Virus record (IMG/VR): IMGVR_UViG_3300020171_000018
Location: 21,803 to 85,802 of that record
Source of the DNA: a virus
Length of the DNA stretch: 64,000 nt
Direction: 5' to 3' (one strand)
Below are positions 17,626 through 26,400 of this stretch, piece by piece. Made by a program: the position numbers and the translations under genes. The notes beneath the pieces are model-generated. The model searched no databases. It was given only the letters and a program-made list of their open reading frames with translations, and was not told the origin of the DNA. Position 1 is the first letter of the stretch. Each line of letters opens with the position of its first letter.

Positions 17626-19806
17626 CTAGCTCACCATCAGAGTGGCACCACAGTCACACTGGTACACCCCGGGGTCAGGGTTCCCGATTGACCCCTGGCA
17701 TGAGGGGCAGCTCAGAGATGGGTTCCTTCCGGGATTGCTCCTTCTGGGATTACCTGGGTTAGCCTCCACCGTCTTTGCCCCTGCTACCAGACTACTCACC
17801 ACCTCTTTACTCGGTGCCGCCACAAACAGCGGCATGATAACGATGTCCTGCATGACGCTCCCTGAGAACGTCCCGGGGCTGCTCTCGGTAGTCAGACCCA
17901 CTGATATGGTCTCGGTCTCCTTGAACGTCCTGACAACGGTGTCACTGAGGTAGCTTGCGTCAAAGGCTATGTACCGTCTCTTGTCTTGCCCCGTCCAATC
18001 TCCATTGAGAGACGCTGGCACCAGAGCGGCCTTGGGGTCAGAGTACGTGAATACCAGCAGCCTATCTCCGGCTATCCCCACTGTGCTCCAAGGCATGAAC
18101 CCCACCTGTTTGGACTCCTTGTACCTACCAGTAATCAGGCCCCCAGTTTCCGCAAGGGCCGCCACCAGTGCCCCAGCCCTCACATCGAAGCCCCACTCCT
18201 GCCCGGAAGGGATTAGTTGGGGGTAGTTGGGGAACTTGCCTAGTATCCCCTTGAACGATTGCTCCTTATCCCCAACGGCCACAACCAGACCGGGGACATC
18301 GCTGACCTCGGTGCTGATAATGCTGCCTGCCCTGTTCTTGTTCACAAAGGTCTCATAGCTGGATACTGGAACGAAGTCAATCAGGGCCTTGCCACCCTTG
18401 AGTGCCTTTGCAGGTATGCCAGACGCCCACTTTGCCAGCTCCTTAGCGGGGATGTTGGCCGTCCAATCACCCCTCCCCGCAGTCTCTAGGGTCAGTGATG
18501 CGTGGGCCAGCCGGAACCCGTCCGCCGCTGCCAGGTCTAGGAGCTCCCCCTGCTTCTGGATGTTGATGCAGGTAAGAGTGGGCCTTGCTCTGTCGGTAGC
18601 AGCGTACAGGGTTATGCGCTTGATTACGTCCACGAGCAGGTTGGCACTGATTGTTGAGGGGTCACCAGCGGGCTTGCCAATCCTAGACTTGGCTACCTCC
18701 TCAGCCTCCTGAGCAGCTTTGGCCTCAGCAGCCTCCTTCTGCTTCTTGCGCTCGGCGGCCTCCTTGACCTCTTGAATGGCCTGTTTCGCCAAGGGGTGGA
18801 GAGGCTTGACCTCATCCTCTGGGCCCCATCTACCGCCGCTGAACAGGTCGGAAGGCCCACCCAGCACGCCTACCGTGTCATCGCTTTGAGAGACGGGCCC
18901 TACCCCGACCTCCAGACTGTTTGCCTCCTCTAGGACCGGGCTGGGTGGGGGCAATTTTACCAGAACGAACTTCCCCTGCACATTTTGGAACTCCTCACCG
19001 CCTTGGGCCCCCGCAAACATAATGGGGAGAGAGTGCTTTGCTAGACTCTCTTCATGTTCCAGCCAGCTCCTCCAGTGCGGGTCAGCCTGCAACTCCTCCT
19101 TTGCTACAGCCCTAATGTAAGCTACATGGTGGGCTCCGTCAGCCCCCAACCAAGAGGCCATCTCATACCACTGGCCCAGTTTGAGCCCATATTTGTCGGC
19201 CTGCTTTTGGCGTTCCCCCTTGACCCTAGCTAGGGCCTGCCGTGATGCCCACTGGTAGCCGAATAAGGACCGATTGAACTTGCTTGTCTTGACCGCCTCA
19301 CCCAGCCCCACAATCCGGCTAATGGTCCGTCCCACCTTGTTGTTGCCTACAGGCTTGGGAGGGTGCATGGTGTCCATATTGGCCCACCGCACGGCCTCCC
19401 AAGCAGACGGCTCACTATGAACCCCTCGCTCTCTGGTAAGAATCTCTCGTAGCCTCTCGGTGCTAGGCTTGCCCCCGTACCTAGTGGACATTATCACGTA
19501 CCCCTCAGGGCCCTTCACTAGGTAGTAGTCCAGCCGTGGGTCCCCATAGCGCCCAGTAGTGCCGGGTTTGGAGGCGTATAGGACGGGCGTCTCGGTTATC
19601 AGCCCGTCCAAGGCAGCAATAGCCTGTTGCTGGGTGGCCTCAGCATCGGCAACAGCCTTGTCCAGCTTAGCAGCCTCACGGTCATACTCCCCTTGGTCTG
19701 GGGTAGAGGGGGGCATAGTGGTCTCCCCACGGTGGGAAGCCTCTACAGCCCAAGGTTCGCCAGCCTGTACATGCTCCTCAAAGGGCGGATTGCGGGACAT
19801 GCTCAC
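17626..19806 (-). CDS. Modular protein with partial DNA polymerase III beta clamp (domains II-III) and C-terminal Zn ribbon
   Basis: ATDRARPTLTCI, AADGFRLA, GKFPNYPQLIP, IAFDASYL, IMPL motifs; NP motifs only at the termini. Confidence 0.8.
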   Translation of the reverse strand: MSMSRNPPFEEHVQAGEPWAVEASHRGETTMPPSTPDQGEYDREAAKLDKAVADAEATQQQAIAALDGLITETPVLYASKPGTTGRYGDPRLDYYLVKGPEGYVIMSTRYGGKPSTERLREILTRERGVHSEPSAWEAVRWANMDTMHPPKPVGNNKVGRTISRIVGLGEAVKTSKFNRSLFGYQWASRQALARVKGERQKQADKYGLKLGQWYEMASWLGADGAHHVAYIRAVAKEELQADPHWRSWLEHEESLAKHSLPIMFAGAQGGEEFQNVQGKFVLVKLPPPSPVLEEANSLEVGVGPVSQSDDTVGVLGGPSDLFSGGRWGPEDEVKPLHPLAKQAIQEVKEAAERKKQKEAAEAKAAQEAEEVAKSRIGKPAGDPSTISANLLVDVIKRITLYAATDRARPTLTCINIQKQGELLDLAAADGFRLAHASLTLETAGRGDWTANIPAKELAKWASGIPAKALKGGKALIDFVPVSSYETFVNKNRAGSIISTEVSDVPGLVVAVGDKEQSFKGILGKFPNYPQLIPSGQEWGFDVRAGALVAALAETGGLITGRYKESKQVGFMPWSTVGIAGDRLLVFTYSDPKAALVPASLNGDWTGQDKRRYIAFDASYLSDTVVRTFKETETISVGLTTESSPGTFSGSVMQDIVIMPLFVAAPSKEVVSSLVAGAKTVEANPGNPRRSNPGRNPSLSCPSCQGSIGNPDPGVYQCDCGATLMVS

Positions 19807-19819
19807 TCTCCTAGGCAGC

Positions 19820-21211
19820 CTAACTCACTTGGAACTCAGCGCCACACCCGTCGCACCGATACGTGCCAGCGCCCAGGCTGCCCACCCCCTGGTTGCAGCC
19901 TGGGCAGGAAAGGGAGTCTGGGTTCCCTCTTGGTGTCCCTTCGTACTCTCGTATCAATCTGTCCTGAGTAGCGTTGTCGTACCCATGCCACACACCGGCG
20001 GTCACCTGAGCAATCCGCCTCTTGCCGAACTTGGGATACTCAGCCTTGATTCTGGGCAGCATCATGGCCCACCACTTGGCGGGGGGTCTGGTGGACTTCC
20101 CAGGCGCTGAGCGGGGATTCAGGGAAGGGGCACTCCCGCCTTCCCCCTCAACATACCTTTGGGCTACCTTGCGCGGCAGCGTCTCACGCTCTATCTTGGG
20201 TAGGCGCTCACTTACTAGCCGTTGTAGCTCATCCCGACCCTTCTCATTGGTAGGTCTGCCTACCCACATCTGCTCGACGCTGCCCTTGAATGGTAGCTCT
20301 ATTTGGCGCACGTCTGTGAGCCCATATTGGTCTACGAGCCATTGGTCAGGCCCCTCTTTTGTACCAAGATAGCGCCAACCCCTAACCGCCAACTCGGCAA
20401 TTAGCACATGGCGCTCACGGCCAGACCCAAACATCCACAGATTGCCCTCCAGCTTCTTGGTAACTGAGGTAATGCCCCGAAGGGAAGACGGCAGCGGCTT
20501 TCCACGAGGGTTAGTATGGTCAAGGCCAACCTGTTCAGGTCTTAGCCCTGCCTTGGCATAGGCAAAGCATGTCTTGTGGTAGGTGTGCAGCTTCCCCACC
20601 TTCACACCTCCAGCATAGATGGGGCGCGTGCAGAAGAAGCAGGTAGCCTTGCCCCTCTCCTGCTTTCGGGAGCGCCAGGTCCGCTTGGAGACGGCTGAGC
20701 GTTCGGCGTGAGAGAGGGGGTTCATGCAGCACCCTGGGTTCTTTCCACCACAACACCCAGCCCTGACCCCTGGGTTAGCTACTGGTTGGTAGGCGTGCTG
20801 CTCCACCCACTCCATAGCCTTGGCTCTAGCCTTAAACCAGCGCACCTTTGCCTTGCTGGGGGCTATCCAAGCTTTCGCCCTCCACGGCTTACCCTCGTGA
20901 CCCTGGGGGGCATCGGGGAAATAGGCCACACTCCCGTATTCCAGACCGGAGAGGTCACCCCAGAACATGATGCCCTTCTCCTGTCCGGCCCATTGGAGCT
21001 TACTGGGGTTGGACACGGGTTGCGTTACATGCTGCACTACCCCATCCCCGTCCCGCACAATTACGGGCCTCTCCACGGGCCCCTCTCCAACTCCCCTGAC
21101 AACCCCCTTGGTAATGGACTGAGCGCCGGACTGGGTAGTCTCAGGCCCAGGGTGCTCTACCCTGACTGTGGCTGTTGTTTCATTCAGACTGTTCGGATTA
21201 GCCATGTCCAC
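19820..21211 (-). CDS. Modular NP-punctuated basic protein with Zn fingers
   Basis: 8 NP motifs; CFFC...HKTC and terminal CPGC...CDGC. Confidence 0.75.
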   Translation of the reverse strand: MDMANPNSLNETTATVRVEHPGPETTQSGAQSITKGVVRGVGEGPVERPVIVRDGDGVVQHVTQPVSNPSKLQWAGQEKGIMFWGDLSGLEYGSVAYFPDAPQGHEGKPWRAKAWIAPSKAKVRWFKARAKAMEWVEQHAYQPVANPGVRAGCCGGKNPGCCMNPLSHAERSAVSKRTWRSRKQERGKATCFFCTRPIYAGGVKVGKLHTYHKTCFAYAKAGLRPEQVGLDHTNPRGKPLPSSLRGITSVTKKLEGNLWMFGSGRERHVLIAELAVRGWRYLGTKEGPDQWLVDQYGLTDVRQIELPFKGSVEQMWVGRPTNEKGRDELQRLVSERLPKIERETLPRKVAQRYVEGEGGSAPSLNPRSAPGKSTRPPAKWWAMMLPRIKAEYPKFGKRRIAQVTAGVWHGYDNATQDRLIREYEGTPRGNPDSLSCPGCNQGVGSLGAGTYRCDGCGAEFQVS

Positions 21212-21376
21212 GCTCCTTTAGTCCAACTGTTCTAAACACAATCACTCGGTCACACCTCTCACAGTACCGTACCGACCCAAGGCACCTGGCCCACTTCTTA
21301 GCCCTCTCAGCCCCCTTCACTTGGTACACCACTATCTCTCCCCAACGATGATTGCAGGCTGGCCCAGACCCCCCCT

Positions 21377-22042
21377 TCACCCAACCACGCCCCTAGAAGT
21401 CAACTGAGGGTATCGGTCGCCCCCCTTCACCTTGGCTATGAACAGCCCCTTGCCGTGCTCGTCTGTGAATACCCAATACTCGGTGCCGACCTTCCCACTT
21501 CCCAAGTCGCCCACCTCATGCTCCCAAAGGCTGCCAGCCCGTTTGGAGGGCTTCCAAGATTCGTAAACAAAGGAGCGAAGCCTCCCAATTACGATGCCCC
21601 TCTTGGGGTAGTCCTCTATCTCCACCTCTACCAGCTCTTGGGGCTCGGTCTCGTGGAACTCCCGGTACTTCTTGACCAGCTCAGGGGGGAGATTGGATAC
21701 ATCCATTTGGGCCTGAGGGTTCTTCTGCACGTTGTCTCGTGGGTTCCCTTGTACCCCCCTTGGCAGTATCTCTAGCAGGTTGATTTCCGTTCGGTAGTAC
21801 CGTCTCTTGGGGGTTATGACCTCTACTTGACCCGTGAAGGGAATCCACACTCCCTCCCCAGTGCTAAGGCCATGCTCTCCCTTGTTGGTGACTGTGAATA
21901 TCCTCGATGGGGGCATAGTGACCACTGGGTACTGCCCCTCCAACAGGGCAAAGGAGACGTTCTTGACCCTATCCCCCACTCTGACTTTACTAGCTGGAAC
22001 CAACTTCCCACTCACTATGACACCCCTCAAAATACCAGCCAT
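21377..22042 (-). CDS. Two-domain protein joined by an NP-NP linker
   Basis: GNPRDNVQKNP separates an SH3-like part from a YREFH...WEHE domain. Confidence 0.65.
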   Translation of the reverse strand: MAGILRGVIVSGKLVPASKVRVGDRVKNVSFALLEGQYPVVTMPPSRIFTVTNKGEHGLSTGEGVWIPFTGQVEVITPKRRYYRTEINLLEILPRGVQGNPRDNVQKNPQAQMDVSNLPPELVKKYREFHETEPQELVEVEIEDYPKRGIVIGRLRSFVYESWKPSKRAGSLWEHEVGDLGSGKVGTEYWVFTDEHGKGLFIAKVKGGDRYPQLTSRGVVG

Positions 22043-22121
22043 CTTCCCAGTGAAATGCCATCCAAACGCCTCCTCATTGGGTTATAGCCCCCTTCTGGCG
22101 CTCCTGACGCTCCCAAGCCCT

Positions 22122-22670
22122 TTACGCCCACTTGGCATCGAACCCGCTCAGAGCCGCCCCTGACACCACTCTCAGCACTCCCACATCAGTGTCAATCAGC
22201 GTGAACCCTGAGTCATCCAAGAACGCCGCCGCGCCGTAGAGGGTTGTCAACGCACTATCCACCACCCAGATGTAGGCGTCGAAGGTGCGCCCGGCCCAGG
22301 CCGACTCTATGAGCAGCGCCACCGGGGTAGAGAGGGTCTGCTGCACTACGCCGACCGTACCCCTGCTTGGCGTGGTGAATGCGGACACGGTGTACTTCCC
22401 GTCGGCCAGGTTGGCGCCGTCGTTGAAGTCACCTGAGCCCTTCTTCAGCCCGATGAGCACCCAGAACAAGGTGGCCGGGCCCACCCAGTTGTACTGCACG
22501 TCCGTGACTCTCAGGTACTCACCCGGATTCTTGTTCAACGGCAGGGAGCCGGGATTGAGCGCCCCGAGGCCCCGCCCGACCATCCCCACTCGAAACCCGC
22601 TCATCCTGCTCACGTGGTTGCTCATCCGGTGCTTGCTCACTGTTCCCTCGTTGCTCATCCTGATGGCCAT
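22122..22670 (-). CDS. Putative virion protein (basic RMSN leader, two NP motifs, beta domain)
   Basis: AGGAGG RBS; RMS(N/G) three times. Confidence 0.65.
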   Translation of the reverse strand: MAIRMSNEGTVSKHRMSNHVSRMSGFRVGMVGRGLGALNPGSLPLNKNPGEYLRVTDVQYNWVGPATLFWVLIGLKKGSGDFNDGANLADGKYTVSAFTTPSRGTVGVVQQTLSTPVALLIESAWAGRTFDAYIWVVDSALTTLYGAAAFLDDSGFTLIDTDVGVLRVVSGAALSGFDAKWA

Positions 22671-22710
22671 GTCAGCCTCCTGCCAGCTCTGTTAGCTCCA
22701 CCCGACTTTG

Positions 22711-23421
22711 TTAGCTCCACTTCACTGCGATGTTTGATAGGACCCCTTCTGGTGGCGGCGGTGGCGGCGGGGGAGGAGGAGGGGTAGTGCCCTTGCCCCC
22801 CAGCATCAACAGCGCACCAACCCCTACTGCCGCTATACCCAACATCCCGCCCCCGCCCCCCTTTTCTGGGTTGCGTGGGTTGCGTGGGTTGCGCCGTACA
22901 CGGGGAACCACACCCTTCTTCGCCAGGGCCTGGTATGCGATGAACAGCCCCCCACCAATGAGAAGGAGCGGCCCCAGACCAGCGGCTATTCCTCCCCCGA
23001 TGTCTTTCCATGAAGAGCGCGCCAGCTTGAACGTCAACGCCCCAAACAGGGCTAGTATTCCGATGGCAATAGCGATTACAATGATGGCTGGCCAGGCCCC
23101 TATGCCCCCGCTTCTGGACCCCACTCCGTTCTCCGTCACAACCCCGTTCCGGACCGTGCCGCTGGACTCCCTCTCAGGCGCCCCCTCCATGTCCACCGTC
23201 ACCCGATACCCGTCGAATATCGGGGCCGTGTCCTGCTCAATGACGTAGTGGAGGAGCTTCCCCCGGAGTCCCGGAGTCCACCCGGTTCCGGCGTTTATAG
23301 CGGCTGCAATGGTGCCAGAGAGCCCCGGAGTCCCAGAGAACGCCATCACCAACTGACTGGAGGGGCCGTGGTAGCTGTCACCCCGGGGCGTAGTCACCTC
23401 TCTTGATATAGCGTAGGCCAT
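22711..23421 (-). CDS. Multi-TM membrane protein with RRNPRNPRNP and poly-Pro
   Basis: Three hydrophobic segments; GGAGG RBS. Confidence 0.75.
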   Translation of the reverse strand: MAYAISREVTTPRGDSYHGPSSQLVMAFSGTPGLSGTIAAAINAGTGWTPGLRGKLLHYVIEQDTAPIFDGYRVTVDMEGAPERESSGTVRNGVVTENGVGSRSGGIGAWPAIIVIAIAIGILALFGALTFKLARSSWKDIGGGIAAGLGPLLLIGGGLFIAYQALAKKGVVPRVRRNPRNPRNPEKGGGGGMLGIAAVGVGALLMLGGKGTTPPPPPPPPPPPEGVLSNIAVKWS

Positions 23422-23423
23422 GA

Positions 23424-23654
23424 TTACCTCCCTTGACCCGGTTGACCGCGCCTTGGTTGACCGCGCCCCCGGGTGTCATATGGGGCGTTTATGTATCGCT
23501 CGACCTCCACGGCGTCAACATACAGGATTCCCCGTACCTTGACCCCGTGGAGGTCGTTGGCCTTTATCATGCGATAGATGGTGATGAGGGGCTTTCCAAG
23601 CTCCTGAGATACCCTTTTGACCGTCAAGAGAACTAGGGAGCCGTCATCCGCCAC
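23424..23654 (-). CDS. Excisionase-like HTH DNA-binding protein
   Basis: LLTVKRVSQELGKPLITIYRMIKANDLHGVKV. Confidence 0.7.
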   Translation of the reverse strand: MADDGSLVLLTVKRVSQELGKPLITIYRMIKANDLHGVKVRGILYVDAVEVERYINAPYDTRGRGQPRRGQPGQGR

Positions 23655-23727
23655 GTCAACACCACCAATTTCTACAAGTTTTTCAGCTTTTGATACCTAG
23701 AATACTACCCCCTTTATCACGTTGTTG

Positions 23728-24066
23728 TCAAGTGGCCCTCTTAGATGAAGCCAACAGCTCCTTGTTGGTCGGCCCCATACCATCCCCGGTTCGCCGAAGT
23801 GCGTCAAACAACGTTTCAAGCTCGTCCCTGCATCTGGTACACAAGTTGAAGCCTGTACGTGGAGGCTCCGTGCCGGGAGGGTTTGCGCAATGATGCTGGA
23901 ACCTCGTATCTACCCAGGCGCGGTGCCTATCGCAGGTATCCTTCTTGCACATCGCACAGGCGGTACTGGCCTCGTCTGGGAGAGTTGGTTCACACAGGTC
24001 ACAGATATAGATTACCTTGGTTGTCTTCATCAGGAGAAACCTCCTTCGTTGCTCAATGATTCGCAT
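23728..24066 (-). CDS. Zn-finger protein
   Basis: CDLC, CAMC..DTCDRH, LCTRC; similar to 37753-38046. Confidence 0.55.
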   Translation of the reverse strand: MRIIEQRRRFLLMKTTKVIYICDLCEPTLPDEASTACAMCKKDTCDRHRAWVDTRFQHHCANPPGTEPPRTGFNLCTRCRDELETLFDALRRTGDGMGPTNKELLASSKRAT

Positions 24067-24127
24067 ACAGCAACCCCTCCTTACCACACTGCGCCATAAA
24101 GCCCCCGGATTTACCCGTGGGGAGTAG

Positions 24128-24694
24128 TCACCAAGCCCCAGGCAGCTTCCTAAAGGCATTCAACGCCCTGATTCGCATGTTGGGGCCATTGGTCACTGCT
24201 ACTACAGCCACCCTCTCCATTTCTGGGGGCGTGATAAGCACCAACCAGTGGAGCACTATCAGCAACCCCTCAGGCCGAGTGACTCTAGCGGCCTCTCTTG
24301 CCATGATATTGGGTCTGGGGTACGGATACCCCCAGTAGGCGGCCCGACTCTCGTCATATGGCGGGTCGCATATCACTATTCCAAAGAGGCTGTCAGCAAA
24401 GGGCAGGTGGCAGGCATCCGCTAGAACAGTAGGTCTAACAGCCGGGTTCATGTCCACTGACATCCCCTCTTTGACTAGCCCAGAGCAGACGAACAGGACA
24501 GGCTCCTCCCAGCCTATGCGCTCTTTGATGCGCTCAAGAAGCAGGCCAGGAAAGCGTTGGGCATACTTGCCCGTGGCCCTGGGGAGCGCCCACACCTCAG
24601 TCTTACCTATCTGGTGGTACTGTCCAGAGCCCCCAGCCCAGCGATTAGGAGTAGGAGTGGGTTGAGTCACAGCGACGGAAGGCCGCTCACTCAC
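24128..24694 (-). CDS. Minimal amino-DNA methyltransferase-like protein
   Basis: VCSG, VDMNP, DACHLPF, CDPPY; start uncertain. Confidence 0.7.
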   Translation of the reverse strand: MSERPSVAVTQPTPTPNRWAGGSGQYHQIGKTEVWALPRATGKYAQRFPGLLLERIKERIGWEEPVLFVCSGLVKEGMSVDMNPAVRPTVLADACHLPFADSLFGIVICDPPYDESRAAYWGYPYPRPNIMAREAARVTRPEGLLIVLHWLVLITPPEMERVAVVAVTNGPNMRIRALNAFRKLPGAW

Positions 24695-24980
24695 GTCGTA
24701 CCAACTTCCATCTTGGGAACCACCCCTGACTTCGCATCTTGGCCAGGGCAAACACCAGCATGTTTATGGCATCCAAGGCATCATCCTTTGCCTTGTAGGG
24801 GGGAGTCTCTACCAGTAGATGGGACTTTGGCACCTCTACCAAGCTCCCCCTCTTGGCCTTGTACGCAGCCTGCCCCATTAGCTCCTCCACCGAAAAGTGT
24901 TTCCACAGGTCTGCATAGGGGGAGTCCTTGTGGATCTGGAAGGCCACAGAGATTATGGAGTCGTACTCGTCTCTGGTCAT
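24687..24980 (-). CDS. All-alpha MazG-like / nucleotide-modification-associated protein
   Basis: Y..LW...KAKR...DDALDAIN helical pattern. Confidence 0.45.
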   Translation of the reverse strand: MTRDEYDSIISVAFQIHKDSPYADLWKHFSVEELMGQAAYKAKRGSLVEVPKSHLLVETPPYKAKDDALDAINMLVFALAKMRSQGWFPRWKLVRRE

Positions 24981-25450
24981 GGCCTGCCCTCTCGCGGAGA
25001 CACAAGGGCCTTGGGGAGCTGCAACCCAACCTGCCCCTGATACCGTCCCCGGTACAGCGGCTCGTCCACTGCCAGCTTCAGGTAGGAGATGGACCACACC
25101 TTCATGCACGGCTCTATCCTGATGCCGTAGCAGGAGCCGTTGAATACCTCCATCGTGAGGGTGCCCTTGAACCCAGGGTCCGCCACTGTTGGAGGGGCCA
25201 TCAACCCCAGCCTTGCCCAGGTGGAGCGGAGGCAGATAAGGCCAATGACTCCCGCAGGCACCTCAACAGTCTCTATAGTGGAGGCAAGAATCCGTCTCAT
25301 GGGTGGGATGACCATAGGCAGGGCGATGGGCTCCCAGAACATCCTATCTATGGACTCTTGATTGGTAGCATCTATGAACAGGGCTGGCAAGATTCGATTA
25401 TCCTGGGGGTGCCTCTCGAACACTACCCTGTCAGCAATTGTCAGATCCAT
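24977..25450 (-). CDS. dcd: dCTP deaminase (trimeric dUTPase superfamily)
   Basis: SID, LRSTWARLGL, ADPGFKGTLTMEVFN, YRGRYQGQ. Confidence 0.9.
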   Translation of the reverse strand: MDLTIADRVVFERHPQDNRILPALFIDATNQESIDRMFWEPIALPMVIPPMRRILASTIETVEVPAGVIGLICLRSTWARLGLMAPPTVADPGFKGTLTMEVFNGSCYGIRIEPCMKVWSISYLKLAVDEPLYRGRYQGQVGLQLPKALVSPREGRP

Positions 25451-25454
25451 GTTT

Positions 25455-25802
25455 CTACCCCCCTTTCCGTTCGACTATCAACCGAGTCCCAGGCACTCCA
25501 ACCTTTGTGGCCTGCTCGATGATCCTCGGACTCACCCCGAGGGTCAGGAGTGCCTGCTTATCCAAGGTTGCCCGGCCCTGAGTCGGTGCCAGAGATACCT
25601 CGTATCCACCGGCGTACCAGGCCCTGGGCAGCTCCAACTCAACTGCGGCATCCAGTAGGGCCTGCTTGAGCCTGTCCTCCTCTTCTTTCAGGGCCGCAAG
25701 AGCCTCATGGGTGTTGAAGTAGTCTTGGGCCAGAACGGACATTCTCTGGGCGTCTGAACCAGCGAGAACTAGTGGCTCTACCTTAGTCTCCGCCACTGAC
25801 AC
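25455..25802 (-). CDS. Hypothetical coiled-coil phage protein
   Basis: GGAGGTG RBS. Confidence 0.6.
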   Translation of the reverse strand: MSVAETKVEPLVLAGSDAQRMSVLAQDYFNTHEALAALKEEEDRLKQALLDAAVELELPRAWYAGGYEVSLAPTQGRATLDKQALLTLGVSPRIIEQATKVGVPGTRLIVERKGG

Positions 25803-25954
25803 ACCTCCTACTCACTTGCCAAGAATCCGGGCCCGGGCATCCCTGAACTGCTTCCATATCCCCTCTCTGGCCTCCTTCCATGTCTTCTCTATCGCCCTCA
25901 GCGCCTCATCCCGCTCCCGCCGCGCTCTCTGTAGCTCACTCTTGATGCTCATGG

Positions 25955-26386
25955 CTACCCTCCTTTCGTTTCCTGCTTTGATCTGGTTCTACGGGGCCTT
26001 CTTGTCACCGTGGTCCTCTCCGTGACGTTCTCAGCCATGTAGTGTGCGGGGCAATCGTGCCCAAACAGCCCACACGACCTGTTCGTTTGCTGATGTACTG
26101 ACCCACCAGGCATCTTCATGCCAGGCAGGGGATAGACTTCCACAAGCCCCCCGTATGGGCAGAATCCCGCCTTGAGGCAGGGGTGCTCAACGTCCTGGGA
26201 GACTACCCTCTCACAGTTGACCCAGAGACCCTTGTGGAAGTCCCAGAGGGCACGCTTCTGTGTTTCGGGGTCTGGAATACCCACCCTGAGTGCGTTAGAC
26301 ACGGCCTCATCGTAGGCTGCGTAGGCTCTGTAAACATCGTCGCTTTCGCCCTCGGGGTTCTTGGAACCTTTGCTGTTGCTACTCAT
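25955..26386 (-). CDS. Cys-cluster protein
   Basis: PCLKAGFCPYG..VE.YPL...CGLFGHDCP. Confidence 0.55.
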   Translation of the reverse strand: MSSNSKGSKNPEGESDDVYRAYAAYDEAVSNALRVGIPDPETQKRALWDFHKGLWVNCERVVSQDVEHPCLKAGFCPYGGLVEVYPLPGMKMPGGSVHQQTNRSCGLFGHDCPAHYMAENVTERTTVTRRPRRTRSKQETKGG

Positions 26387-26400
26387 GCCTCTACTCCTCT

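Noticed and set aside
23424-23654. Integration module implied by the excisionase-like HTH
   Set aside because: No integrase or att site is visible in the window, so prophage status cannot be claimed.
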